A DNA stretch of 64,000 bases from Candidatus Obscuribacterales bacterium. Lineage in GTDB: Bacteria > Cyanobacteriota > Vampirovibrionia > Obscuribacterales > Obscuribacteraceae. Where the stretch lies: positions 3,072,001 through 3,136,000 of the forward strand of contig CBDDIJ010000003.1 in the NCBI GenBank assembly GCA_965228855.1. The letters run 5' to 3'. Under the pieces are notes generated by a model. It saw only the letters and a program-made list of their open reading frames with translations. It was not told where the DNA came from and did no database searches. Every line of letters begins with the position of its first letter. The stretch's first letter is position 1. The position numbers and the translations under genes were made by a program. Below are positions 10,001 through 19,511 of the stretch, piece by piece.

Positions 10001-10852
10001 GATCGCAGCGAGATATTCTTCCTTCGCTTGATCGAAATCACCTTTATATTGGAACGCTTGTCCCAAACCGACGTGGTTATCCGGCGAAAGCGGATTGGCT
10101 TTGACAGCCTCTCCCCAGGCAGCGACGAGCGCATCGAGCACATCGGGATCGGTCGAGTTCAACTTCAGAGCTCTACCGAGGGCACCAATGGCGGTGGCAA
10201 CATCATTCTTTGCCATGTAGGCACGCGCCAGTTTCACTTCCAGAATAGCAGAATCCTTGATGCGAATTCCGTTCTGATACTCAGTGATCGCCTTATCGTA
10301 TTTTTGAATGAAACTGTAGATATCGCCTAGCTTTTCACGAACTCCCGGATCGTCTTTGATTAGCAAAGCCGCCTGGTATTCAACAATCGGTCCCGCCCAA
10401 TCTTGTGGCGAACGCACCTGCTTTCTCGCGTCGTCACCGAGGTCGACGCGATCCTGGAAGCTGTTTGGATCACGATTCAAACTCGAGATAACGATGCCCA
10501 AGTTTTTCTTTGTGACCAGGTTGGTCGGATCGAGGTAAAAGGCTTTGTGGAAATACTTGATTGCCTCGGCATAGTTCTTGTTTTGAGCGAGTCCCAAACC
10601 ATAGTTGTTGTAGGCGATACCCAGATTGGAGCTTGCTTTTTTGTAAGCAGGGTCAAGCTTCACCGCGGCTTCAAGTTTTTGAAACGCCAATGGATAGTTC
10701 TTCGCCTCAAGCGCGCGCACGCCCTGGTTGTTCAAATCAACGGCGCCCGGGTCGCCTTGATAGTCCTGCGCACCCGCTACAGTAGCCAATTGAGAACTGA
10801 GAAGGGATGCAAGCGCAAGAGCCAGTGCCTGTTTTTTCTGATTTCCGTGCAT
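7025..10852 (-). CDS. Very large secreted TPR-repeat protein (1275 aa)
   Basis: Sec signal peptide KKQALALALASLLSSQLATVAGA; continuous TPR consensus (NLG.AY, A...Y..AL..P) to the C-terminus. Confidence 0.9.
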   Translation of the reverse strand: MHGNQKKQALALALASLLSSQLATVAGAQDYQGDPGAVDLNNQGVRALEAKNYPLAFQKLEAAVKLDPAYKKASSNLGIAYNNYGLGLAQNKNYAEAIKYFHKAFYLDPTNLVTKKNLGIVISSLNRDPNSFQDRVDLGDDARKQVRSPQDWAGPIVEYQAALLIKDDPGVREKLGDIYSFIQKYDKAITEYQNGIRIKDSAILEVKLARAYMAKNDVATAIGALGRALKLNSTDPDVLDALVAAWGEAVKANPLSPDNHVGLGQAFQYKGDFDQAKEEYLAAIRLSKGTQNPTAQALLAKLDDAKKKAQVDNLINLGYEYQTGGKFKQALDQYLMALKLSPNDDTIWVNLGTVYQAMKDYPNAIKAYKQALNFKKDNADAIKGIQTATDAQQDQRIDALGKSGNDAFKAGRYDEAIAAYLELLKIDNKDAGVHFNLGAAYQAKKDLDSALREYAAAKSLDQKNQSYADAYDEAMDLKAQPLLDKALALHKEKKYAEAIPAYQEYLKIRDKNDEVWYNLGAAQYSYLDYNRAEQSYQKAYDLDPKGRVDVLYFIGTIDENNGNGTKALTDYSTYIQKAPNGTYVKEANERIAALRKDITATIKIKSEEDRAKETAAFDAFQKAVALQKQNQYDQALPLYQTAIQNMPNNPDFVYGLGTLLQAMDKYDEAIAQYQKAKSLNAKGDNKIMDEAIQSANQDKAQPIVDAAVKKQQDGDNAGAISMYLQALQLIPENGKLWTNLGSAYQQTDQFEKARDAYKKGFDTDSKNEVGNLYLMGVIDENFGKGQSAFELYDRYIKAAGTGGAYYTAAKSRWDALKKNVTDTQKLATQGELANAKIAEDSYNAGMQLQKDSKFDEAIAEYQKAAAAVPTEFAYPFAIGTAYQGKGDNANAKTYYQKALALTKNKDQIKQINDLLTGLTEADAAPLIDEANKAYAASDFQTAAQKYDAALKITPNNADAWTFLGASYQNLGDFAKARNGYEQGYKIGGKAKADNLYFLGVLDENDGNASNALMHYTQYIQVSPSGGFRAQAEQRLKDIKANPTNLQKIQTAAQQAQTAETQQAYNDAIKLQGEQKYDDALAAYGKAITASPSEAAYYYARGTCYQARNDESKNDIASALADYDKAISLAPQEKAYKEAATNLRAFQAQPLIDSAIKKQTTALPDGKYDLAGAIADYRAALKINDDASTHLNLGTALQANNDNTGALQEYTAAINKNATLADAYYYRGLIYEDLKQNEAARKDYTKYLQLQPAGANAAAVKDGLKRVAPAAPGKKR

Positions 10853-11109
10853 CGTAAACCGGTTACCACCTATCGAAACTGCCTATTACTCATGACATTT
10901 AGTAAGAAATTCACCTATGGATTCTAAAGGATTCAGCAAGAACATAAATGGGCTTTCTCCTAGAAAGATGAAAGTGTTTATAAACCGAAGTTGTCAGAAG
11001 TCCGCACACCCCGTCAACCAGGCTGTGCGTCTGGTCGCAACCAGCATGTCAAGGACAGACGGTCCTGCCCCAACTTTGTTTCTTCTCAAAAACCTTTCGC
11101 GAGCTTCGT

Positions 11110-11700
11110 TTAATAGTGCGGTTCGATCAAACCGAAGTTGCCGTCGCGACGGTGATAAAGCGTGCTGACCTTGCCGGTTTCCGCATTGATGAACATGAAG
11201 AACTCGTGCTCGAGCAAATCGATATGTTTGCAAGCCTCATCAGGCATCATGGTTTCAAGCTTGATCTGATTGGAGCGCACAATCTTGGGACCAACGATCT
11301 CGATTGAGAAGTCCTGTTCTTCTCCTTCTCCGGCACCTTCATTCTCCAGCTCCTCCTCGGTGACGACTCGGAGATGGCGATCCTTGCTCTTCTGATGACC
11401 TTTGGTTGAATATCGCGTCTTGTATTTGCGCAGCTGGCGCTCGATTTTGTCAGCAACAAAGTCGATTGAAGCGTACATGTTTTCCGTCGATTCCGCGCCT
11501 CGGATAGTCTGTCCATTCAATTGCACAGTCACTTCGGCAGTCTGACTCTTGGCAATAGATGGATTCTTCGCAACGCTCAGCATCGCCTTACAGTGGATCT
11601 CATGGTCGAAGTGCTTCTGCGCGCGCTGAAGCTTATCGATCACGTAGTCCTTAAGTGCGGACGTAACTTCAATGTTGCGACCAGTAACCGTGACTTGCAT
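11110..11700 (-). CDS. hpf: Ribosome hibernation promoting factor, long form (HPF/RaiA/LrtA)
   Basis: MQVTVTGRNIEVTSALKDYV, NMYASID..ADKIERQLRKYK, C-terminal S30AE_C domain (FFMFINAETG..YHRRDGNFGLIEP); ATG 11700 with GGAGG. Confidence 0.96.
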   Translation of the reverse strand: MQVTVTGRNIEVTSALKDYVIDKLQRAQKHFDHEIHCKAMLSVAKNPSIAKSQTAEVTVQLNGQTIRGAESTENMYASIDFVADKIERQLRKYKTRYSTKGHQKSKDRHLRVVTEEELENEGAGEGEEQDFSIEIVGPKIVRSNQIKLETMMPDEACKHIDLLEHEFFMFINAETGKVSTLYHRRDGNFGLIEPHY

Positions 11701-11744
11701 GGGCAATCCTCCCTGGAGAACTGGGGTTTGTCAGGAAACACCAA

Positions 11745-11797
11745 CGCCTCCCGATCGAATCATCTCGAATGAAACGAGACTTCGATCGCGGAGGGCG
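11745..11797 (-). promoter_or_regulatory. Long imperfect hairpin in the hpf 5' leader
   Basis: CGCCTCCCGATCGAA..TCTCG pairs with CGAGA..TTCGATCGCGGAGGGCG, about 45-97 nt upstream of the hpf start. Confidence 0.5.
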
Positions 11798-12071
11798 CGA
11801 ATAACTTTGAATCCGGTAGTTTGGTAGTTTGTTTTATTGGTTGAAAACATCAAACGCCTTTCGAAGGAAACCCTCTTGAATAGCGAGGCTCCCTGCAAAA
11901 GAAAACGGCAGCAAATGAGTTATCGTGTACGAAACTCATCTATATTCATGCTAAATATCATACGCCTCTTTCAAGGATCGCGATAGCCTTGCAAGTGCAG
12001 AAACAGAAAAATTTTCCGCAGTGCTCAGAAAGAAGACAGAGCTTGCCTCCAGCAAGGTCGCCCGCGATTAT

Positions 12072-13433
12072 CTAGCGAAAATCGTGCTCAGCGCTCAAGA
12101 TAATGTGCGCCGCATCCATGTATGTGAGCACCTGTTTGGTCGGCGGACTTGCCGGTTCAGCCATAGCCGGCAATGAGAACCAGTCTCCGCGCTTTTGAGC
12201 GCGCAGAAGATTCACCGGTTTCTGACCGTCCAGTTTCACACCTGCCTTCTGCGCCCGGCTCTTCGCCTCAATCAGATTGGCAACCAGAGCGTAGGCTTCA
12301 CGATGCTCCATGTCCTCGCCTTCATAACGCGGCTTCGACGCGAAGCCTTGCTTGTGTTGGTCGGGGACCAGACCATAATCCATCAGGAGACGAACAGCTT
12401 CAGCCTCTTGCATATTAGTTCGCCCGGTCAACTTATGAGCGAGTATGTGATAGAACTCGCCTCTCGGCATCGCCTTTGCAGGATCAAGAACCGGGCGCGG
12501 CATCGCTCCACTCTTAATCAGCTCGCGAAAAGCGGCAAGACGATATCTGGAATTAACCGGGAAGTACTCATGGTACTGAGTCAGACATTGAAACTGCTCT
12601 TCGGTCATCTGATGAAACGGATAGAGACTGGCGCTGGTGACAGCCGTATCATGACAGGCTTTCATGAAATCCTTGATCTCAGGAGCGTGCGTCTTCATAC
12701 CGTCGCCGATAATGTGAATCTCAACATCCTGACGCCCACAAAGCTCGCGCACTTTTTTAATGGTGTCACGCGTGTAGGAATAAGCTTCCAGCTTCGCGTA
12801 TTTGCTGTTCCAATAATTCATCGGAGCAATAACATCGTAGTATTTGTCGAGCATTTTCCACGGAATGTTCGCGACTTGCGTGGCTTTGTTCAAAGGACTA
12901 AAAACAACTGCAATCATCGGATAGCTCTGTCCGAGTTCCGCTCGCAAAGCCTTGCTGATGCGCTCGACCTTCGCCGGATTCAAATCCTTCTCCATATTCG
13001 GCGCAATCGCGTCAAACGACTGTCCGGTTTTAGTGCGGAATCTTGCGGCATCAACCAACTTCTGAGCATCGGCTTCAGGATTGGCGAGTTCGAGAAAAGA
13101 CCAGGCAATCACACGGATTTTATAGTGGTGGCATCCATCGATCAAAGCGCTTAAAACTTCCGGTTGACGAATCGACTCGGTGTTGCTGCGCGAGGTTTGA
13201 ACAAACAGATTTCGAACGCCGGAATTGTGCAACTTAAGACAATAGGCATCGACGTTGTTAACCGGATAGCTCCAGATGTTCATCCAAACACCCGGTCCAT
13301 CGGCTAAACCGACCGGCGCGGCCGGACCGGCTGACGTGTGAGTAGTTCTATCCGCAGCGGCAGCCGGCGACGCTTGGGTCGCGAAAACAGTGGACGCTGC
13401 GAGAAGGGTCGAAACCCACCACTTACTCTTCAT
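12072..13433 (-). CDS. Secreted protein with putative glycoside-hydrolase-like TIM barrel and SLH-like C-terminus
   Basis: Signal peptide from ATG 13433 (MKSKWWVSTLLAASTVFA); barrel-like motifs GVWMNIW, LFVQTS, IRVIAW, DVIAPMNYW; MPRGEF and MEHREAYALV resemble SLH. Confidence 0.55.
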   Translation of the reverse strand: MKSKWWVSTLLAASTVFATQASPAAAADRTTHTSAGPAAPVGLADGPGVWMNIWSYPVNNVDAYCLKLHNSGVRNLFVQTSRSNTESIRQPEVLSALIDGCHHYKIRVIAWSFLELANPEADAQKLVDAARFRTKTGQSFDAIAPNMEKDLNPAKVERISKALRAELGQSYPMIAVVFSPLNKATQVANIPWKMLDKYYDVIAPMNYWNSKYAKLEAYSYTRDTIKKVRELCGRQDVEIHIIGDGMKTHAPEIKDFMKACHDTAVTSASLYPFHQMTEEQFQCLTQYHEYFPVNSRYRLAAFRELIKSGAMPRPVLDPAKAMPRGEFYHILAHKLTGRTNMQEAEAVRLLMDYGLVPDQHKQGFASKPRYEGEDMEHREAYALVANLIEAKSRAQKAGVKLDGQKPVNLLRAQKRGDWFSLPAMAEPASPPTKQVLTYMDAAHIILSAEHDFR

Positions 13434-13745
13434 TTGCACCAGACTTCCTAGTAAAACCCGCTCAATATCACTATTTAAACCGCGTTTTCTCAAATGATCA
13501 AGAGTCATATAAAATTATCTTCCCCACAAAAACGGCTGTTCATGCGGTTTACATATTAATTCGCAGATTAATTCGAATCTTTCGAACGATATAGGATCAC
13601 CCCACCGGTGGTGCGACCAAATGCCTCCATGTGCCCGCCCATGAAGGGTTCAACCGCCATCCAACATAGTAGTTTTAATGTTCTGGTGATATGCTTATAG
13701 GGGATTTCTGCAGACAGCCATCAGAAGAATCAGGACGATTGAAAT

Positions 13746-14324
13746 ATGCGGATGAAGGACGAGCACATTCAGAAAAAGCTTGTGGAGCTGGAAGCAGCAA
13801 TTCTGAAAGAATCGAAAGCCGATATCGTCACGCCTGAAGGCAAACAACAGACACGGCTCGTGACACCAGCAGAAGGGTCAAGCGAGTTGCAAACCTTACG
13901 CTCGCAATCCGAGTTGGACCCTGTACAGAAGTCGGACTTGCAGTTCTTCGGCGGCATTGGCTTGCTCCTCGTCGGATTGTTTCTCCTTTTCAATCATGTC
14001 CGCGTCACAAGCGGCTACGCCTCACTCTGGGGATGGTCCGGCAACAACATCGGCTATTTGATGTTGCCGTTTCTTCTGGGTGTCGGCTGGATTTTTTACA
14101 ATGCGAAAAGCGTTTGGGGATGGCTTATTTCGGCAGTAAGCCTGGTAATGATAGTATTCTCGATTATCAGCGGTCTGCGAATATGGTTTGCGCCTATATC
14201 AATGATTGATTTGATGATCATGCTCGTCCCATTCGCCATCGGTGCAGCCTGGGTGCTCAAAGGTATGGGCGGGCCAAAAGGCATTGACGAAGCCATACGC
14301 AAACAAATCGGTCGCAGCAAATAA
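13746..14324 (+). CDS. Conserved hypothetical 4-TM membrane protein
   Basis: Hydrophilic N-terminus followed by four hydrophobic helices (FFGGIGLLLVGLFLL; LPFLLGVGWIFYN; GWLISAVSL; DLMIMLV). Confidence 0.75.
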   Translation: MRMKDEHIQKKLVELEAAILKESKADIVTPEGKQQTRLVTPAEGSSELQTLRSQSELDPVQKSDLQFFGGIGLLLVGLFLLFNHVRVTSGYASLWGWSGNNIGYLMLPFLLGVGWIFYNAKSVWGWLISAVSLVMIVFSIISGLRIWFAPISMIDLMIMLVPFAIGAAWVLKGMGGPKGIDEAIRKQIGRSK

Positions 14325-14327
14325 TTG

Positions 14328-14942
14328 ATGCAAAGGCTCTTTGTAGGCACATTCCTTTCCGACGATGGAATCGAACGGCTGGCGAAACTATCAGCAGACA
14401 ATAGAAGTTTAGGTGAAACCTGGAACGCGAAAATCCGCTGGACAAAAGGCGATAAGCTGCACATAACCTGGGTATTTCTAGGCGACGTCGACTCCGAGGC
14501 GATACCGGATGTGATATCAGCACTAAGAGGCGCTATCAGTTCCTTTACTTTGAAACAAAAACCGCTAACGCTACTCTACGACAGAATCGAGCTCTGGCCG
14601 AATGAAAAACAGGCTAGACTAGCGGTTCTCTCGCCAAGCTCAACACCGGATGACGTTTTTAAACTGGACGATGCAATTAAACGTGCTGTTGGAAAATTCA
14701 TCTCGCCGTCTCAGAAGCAACACGAGTTTAAAAACTTTCGACCGCACCTCACCCTTCTCCGGTTTGCCGATGGACAGCGCCGCCGCTCTCCAATACCAAA
14801 AACTACAGACTTCGAGAACGCAGACTCGCTAATGCCGATCGAACACGAAATCAGCGACGTTCATCTAATAGAAAGTACGACTCAGACAGATGCCCATCAG
14901 TACAAAAGTCTAGCAAGGTTTCAATTCAACCTGGATGGATAA
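14328..14942 (+). CDS. thpR: RNA 2',3'-cyclic phosphodiesterase (2H family)
   Basis: MQRLFVG start and two HxT motifs (LHITWVFLG, FRPHLTLLR). Confidence 0.9.
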   Translation: MQRLFVGTFLSDDGIERLAKLSADNRSLGETWNAKIRWTKGDKLHITWVFLGDVDSEAIPDVISALRGAISSFTLKQKPLTLLYDRIELWPNEKQARLAVLSPSSTPDDVFKLDDAIKRAVGKFISPSQKQHEFKNFRPHLTLLRFADGQRRRSPIPKTTDFENADSLMPIEHEISDVHLIESTTQTDAHQYKSLARFQFNLDG

Positions 14943-14970
14943 ACAGAAAATCCGGGATAGAAAACGATTG

Positions 14971-16353
14971 CTATGGGCGCGGCGCCGACAACTCACCAGC
15001 ATGCTCCGGTCCAACCTCGATCGGTCCACGCAATGGAGGCAGCCCTTGTGGCGCTGTGGATGGAACGATTACCGATGGCACCACCTCTGTTGGTGACTTT
15101 GGCCCACTCTGCGGTTTCACTTCAAACATCACCACAGGCGCCTTCACGGGCGGTACTGGAGCATTAGCAGCCGGCTGAGAGGAACCCGGTTCTTCGTTCT
15201 TCGGCTCACCGGGTGGTGGCGTATATGGTACTCCTTGAATTACGACTGGTTTACGTTCTGGTGTCGCTGATGGTGTCGGATTGGCTGGTAGCGGTTTTCC
15301 CTGAACGGTTAGATGAGGCTGCAAAATAGTTTCAGGCGGCGGCTCCGCTACCGCAGGAGTTTCCTTATAGTCGCCCCAACTCCTGGATTGCTTGTCCATT
15401 GAATTCAGTTTGTAAGCAATTGCCTCGTTGCGATGACGGTCCTTAGTCCATAGAAACGTCTTCCAGTCGAAGTGCACGGGGTCTGTGTGATCGCCTTGCT
15501 GAGCGTACCTGTGCGTGATGATATTTTCGCTCTGCACGCCGTAGCGATCTTGCAGGTAGGTGACCAGTCGAATCACTGATTGCAGTTGTGCATCAGGATA
15601 TTCCTGGCTTCCAGTGTGATTCATCTCAATGCCGATACTGTTGTCGTTGTTGATACCTGGAAGCGTTTTCAGAATATTGATGTGAACCGTTGCTAGATCC
15701 GGATCGACGGATTGAATGATAGAGCCATCACGGTCGACCACGTATTGCGCACCAGGATGCCGGCGCCCCATAGAACTCCAGCTTTCAATCACTCGAACGC
15801 CGCTCACCGGAACGCCAGTTTCAGTCGAATGCATAATGATGTACTTTACCGGCTCGCGACGCCAGAAGATCCCGCCGCGCAGCGGATGGTGCTTCACCAC
15901 CCCGGCCCTTACCAGTGTACGAGCTGGATACTTGTCAGCGATACCGCGCGCAAAAGCGCTCTTCACTTCGTAGGCTTGATCCTCATCGAGCGGAGAAGCA
16001 TCGAAATCAGGTGCCTTCATCATGAACATCTCGACGGGGTAAGCATAGCGCGGTTTATGCGCGACGTGGTGGTGATGATGGGCCGCGTGATGCTTGCTAT
16101 GCTTGCTGTGCTTACCATGCTTGCTGTGAGCAACTTCGTGACGCCCGCCGGATCTCCCGCGCGAAGATGAGGTTCGCGAGGATTTCGATGAAGAGCGCGA
16201 AGATTTCGAAGATTTGGCGTGAGAAGATGATTTACTCGCGGCGCTTTTCTTGCGAGCCTCAGACGGTAAATCCAGGCTGAATCCGAGTGCCACCACTAGT
16301 AGCACTATCAGAAAGACGAGTCTCTGGATATACGATCGGCAACGTCCGGACAC
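14971..16353 (-). CDS. N-acetylmuramoyl-L-alanine amidase (Amidase_2/PGRP family) with S/K/H-rich N-terminal linker and Pro-rich tail
   Basis: YIIMHST, AQYVVDRDG, NSIGIEM, IITHR, HTDP; N-terminal signal/anchor. Confidence 0.85.
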   Translation of the reverse strand: MSGRCRSYIQRLVFLIVLLVVALGFSLDLPSEARKKSAASKSSSHAKSSKSSRSSSKSSRTSSSRGRSGGRHEVAHSKHGKHSKHSKHHAAHHHHHVAHKPRYAYPVEMFMMKAPDFDASPLDEDQAYEVKSAFARGIADKYPARTLVRAGVVKHHPLRGGIFWRREPVKYIIMHSTETGVPVSGVRVIESWSSMGRRHPGAQYVVDRDGSIIQSVDPDLATVHINILKTLPGINNDNSIGIEMNHTGSQEYPDAQLQSVIRLVTYLQDRYGVQSENIITHRYAQQGDHTDPVHFDWKTFLWTKDRHRNEAIAYKLNSMDKQSRSWGDYKETPAVAEPPPETILQPHLTVQGKPLPANPTPSATPERKPVVIQGVPYTPPPGEPKNEEPGSSQPAANAPVPPVKAPVVMFEVKPQSGPKSPTEVVPSVIVPSTAPQGLPPLRGPIEVGPEHAGELSAPRP

Positions 16354-16485
16354 CTGCGCCCTCCAAACCTAGTATTTGCCAGGAAAGTACCACGATTGCA
16401 CACTCCTTGCAATCCATTTTATTCTGCCTGAGAACAATTTGCACGGTCAGTCTATACAACGGACGCCAAGAGCATATCTAACGCA

Positions 16486-17700
16486 TTAGTCGATCCAGCC
16501 GCCACCAAGGATGACATCATCGGCTTCGTCGTAAACGCCCAGGACCTGCCCCGGCGTAATCGCGGGTTGCGGTTCATCAAAGACGACGCGAACGCGGTTG
16601 CCTTCCATCGGATAGATGGTCGCTTCTTCCGTCGGGCTGTTATAGCGGATCTTCGCGCGCGCGAGGAATGTGCCAACCGGAGCGGTCGGCATAATCCAGT
16701 TAACGTCGCTTGCTGTCAGTTCCTTTCGCAGCAATGCTTCTTTGGGACCGGCATAGACGACTCTTGTATCAGGGTCGACGTTGGTCACGTACAGCGGCTC
16801 GGGATGAGCAATTCCAAGCCCCTTGCGCTGACCAATAGTGTAATTGTGCGTGCCTTTGTGATAACCCAAAATTTCCAGGGTTTCGCAATGGATGATGGGA
16901 CCTGGCTTCTCCACGATGAAATTGGCAAGATACTGCTGCGGCGTGGTGCCAATTGGAATGAAACACAAATCCTGACTATCAGGTCGATTTGCTGTAGCCA
17001 ACTTCTGCGAATTGGCGATATTGCGTATTTCGTCCTTCGTGTAGTCACCGAGCGGCAGAAGCGTGGCGTCAAGCTGCTCCATCGTCAGACCCCAGAGAAC
17101 ATACGACTGATCTTTCTTCGGATCACGAGCCCGGCCGAGGCGCTTACCATCAGGTGTTTGAATAACGCGAGCATAATGTCCGGTCGCAACATAAGTAGCG
17201 TCCAAATGTTTACGCCCATAGTTCAACAACGCGCCCCATTTGATCACGGTGTTGCAAACACTGCATGGCAGCGGCGTTCTACCTTTCGAATAGGATTGAT
17301 GGAATTGGTCGATCACTTCGGATTTAAACAGCTCGCGCAAATCCACGGCATGATGCTCAATGCCGAGCTGTTCGCAAACCCGCGCGGCGTCAACCATACC
17401 CGTATCGCAACAGCGACTGCCTGATTTGATCAGCCAGCCCGTTACACCGATGATATCGTAGCCCTGTTCCATAAGAAGGTAAGCGGTCGCGCTCGAATCG
17501 ACGCCTCCGCTCATACAAACGGCGACACGCGTTTTATTCTTCGGCACAGGCGAAGCTTTTTTCTTACCGGCTTGTTTGGCGATTCTTTCAACATCCTCAG
17601 GAGTTGGCATCGGCTGCGCCACCACGGGACAAACAGCCCCTTCCTGCTCGTCGTCACGAACCGGCGCATCCAGTACAAGTTGTTTATCCTTGTCGCTCAT
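16486..17700 (-). CDS. mnmA: tRNA-specific 2-thiouridylase
   Basis: MSGGVDSS PP-loop, PCSVCN, ATGHYAR, KDQSY, DSQDLCF, YTIGQRKGLG, AITPGQ. Confidence 0.97.
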   Translation of the reverse strand: MSDKDKQLVLDAPVRDDEQEGAVCPVVAQPMPTPEDVERIAKQAGKKKASPVPKNKTRVAVCMSGGVDSSATAYLLMEQGYDIIGVTGWLIKSGSRCCDTGMVDAARVCEQLGIEHHAVDLRELFKSEVIDQFHQSYSKGRTPLPCSVCNTVIKWGALLNYGRKHLDATYVATGHYARVIQTPDGKRLGRARDPKKDQSYVLWGLTMEQLDATLLPLGDYTKDEIRNIANSQKLATANRPDSQDLCFIPIGTTPQQYLANFIVEKPGPIIHCETLEILGYHKGTHNYTIGQRKGLGIAHPEPLYVTNVDPDTRVVYAGPKEALLRKELTASDVNWIMPTAPVGTFLARAKIRYNSPTEEATIYPMEGNRVRVVFDEPQPAITPGQVLGVYDEADDVILGGGWID

Positions 17701-17839
17701 AGGTCTTCCCTTCGCCCGAGCCGCTACTCGAGGTGTTTAGAACAAGAAACGCCAGGCGAAGCCTGACGGAATATTGATTCTACTACAAACCACGCTTATT
17801 TTTATTGACAACCATGCGTTTGTAAACCGCCGCCAACCA

Positions 17840-19324
17840 CTAAATACTCAGCAGGTTGAGCCGCAACTTAGCCTTCGATATGTTTAAACCGCTCGGCGCG
17901 CTATCAATGTAGCTTTGATACTCTTGCTTAGCCTCTTTCTGCTTGTTCAGCTTCTCGAGGCAGATTGCCCGGTTGTAATGAAACACCGGATACTTGCCCA
18001 TCGACTGAGCGATTGCAAGTTTGTACTCCTGGTCGGCGTTGGCAAATTGGCCTTTTTGCTTAAACACAATCGCCCGCAGGTTGTGCACCAGAGGACATAC
18101 GGAGTTCTGAGCCCGAGCAGACGCAATCGCCTTGACGCACTCTTTGTCGCAGGACACAAAATCCCCTTTGGCGCGGTAAGCCTGGGCGAGGTTGTAATTC
18201 GCCTGATAGAGCTTGCCTTTGCTGAACTTAATCGCGTTTTTGTAAGCAGCGATCGCCTCATCATACTTGGAGGGACCTATCTGCGACAGACTTAAACCGT
18301 AGTTATTCCATAGTATGGGATCCTTCGAAGATCCGCCTTTCAAGAGCTTCTCGAACTCTTTCACGACATTGCCCATGCGCTGCTCGATTATTCCAGCCGT
18401 TCCCATTTTCTGATCAAACAGGCTTGCAGAGCTGGACATGCCGGCTGCAAAATTTGTCTTACCAAGCATCGGCGGCCCGGCGTCCGCGGAGGCCAGGGTA
18501 TTATTTACGGGAGGAACGGCTGCCGGAGCGCTCATTGCAACCGTGGTCGTCTCAGGTCCCCTGCGCATCTGCTCTTTCAAACGAGCGATTTTTTCGCGTG
18601 TATCATCGGCATAATCTTTGCGATCTTCGTACTTGAGCGAATCTTCGTACGCCTTGATTGCCTCCGGATACTTCTCGCGAGCCGCTTCGAGCAGTCCAAG
18701 ATGGTAGTAGGCAAGCGCATAATCCGGCTTCAACTTGATCGCGTATTTAATCTCACGCTCAGCGTCATTGAACTTTTTCAAACAAAAGTAGGTCGCCCCA
18801 AGCCCGTTGTGAGCCGCGGGAAAGTCCGGGCGTAAATCAATCGACTTGATGTAGTGCTCTCTGGCTTTCTCGTAATTTTTCTGGTCCCGCAATACGTTGG
18901 CATAGTTGTATTGAATTTCTGCGTCCTTGCCCTGCGAGAGGTCCAGCGCCAAACGGTACAGACCGGTAGCCTTATCTAGCTTGCGTTGTTGGTGGCGGAC
19001 GGCTCCGAGATTTGTAATCGAGGGGACGAAACCGGGCTCGAGTTCAATCGCATTCATATAAGCCTCGGCGGCTTTGTCGAGATTTCCTTCCCTATAGTAG
19101 GTCAGCCCGATATTGTTCCAGGCCTCGTGACACTTGGGCTCCAGCTCCGTTGCTCGAACGAAGTTCTGCCGAGCCTCGGCCAGCTTGCCTTCACGCAGTA
19201 AAGCCGTCCCCCGGCCCAATTGCTCGGCGACCTCGGGAGTGTACGACGACTCATCCGCGTACGCCGCCGGTACAGCGGCGGAAAGCGTGACCACTAACGA
19301 TAGAGTTAGGAAAAGTTTTAACAA
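17840..19324 (-). CDS. Secreted TPR-repeat protein
   Basis: Signal peptide (AAYA|D); two TPR blocks separated by a P/A/S linker. Confidence 0.85.
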   Translation of the reverse strand: MLKLFLTLSLVVTLSAAVPAAYADESSYTPEVAEQLGRGTALLREGKLAEARQNFVRATELEPKCHEAWNNIGLTYYREGNLDKAAEAYMNAIELEPGFVPSITNLGAVRHQQRKLDKATGLYRLALDLSQGKDAEIQYNYANVLRDQKNYEKAREHYIKSIDLRPDFPAAHNGLGATYFCLKKFNDAEREIKYAIKLKPDYALAYYHLGLLEAAREKYPEAIKAYEDSLKYEDRKDYADDTREKIARLKEQMRRGPETTTVAMSAPAAVPPVNNTLASADAGPPMLGKTNFAAGMSSSASLFDQKMGTAGIIEQRMGNVVKEFEKLLKGGSSKDPILWNNYGLSLSQIGPSKYDEAIAAYKNAIKFSKGKLYQANYNLAQAYRAKGDFVSCDKECVKAIASARAQNSVCPLVHNLRAIVFKQKGQFANADQEYKLAIAQSMGKYPVFHYNRAICLEKLNKQKEAKQEYQSYIDSAPSGLNISKAKLRLNLLSI

Positions 19325-19511
19325 AAGGTAGAGGTTCCGAATTCAGTACTGATTCTATTAGTAAATTGTATATGAGAAAAGTAGGCGGTTTTGCAATAGG
19401 AAATATCCTGACCTCTGACGTGGTCCTCTTGCATGGCCTTGTGTTACCATTAGAAATTCGCCCAAATTAGCGCCAGATGACGATCTTGCTGGACGGCGGG
19501 CAAAGAATACC

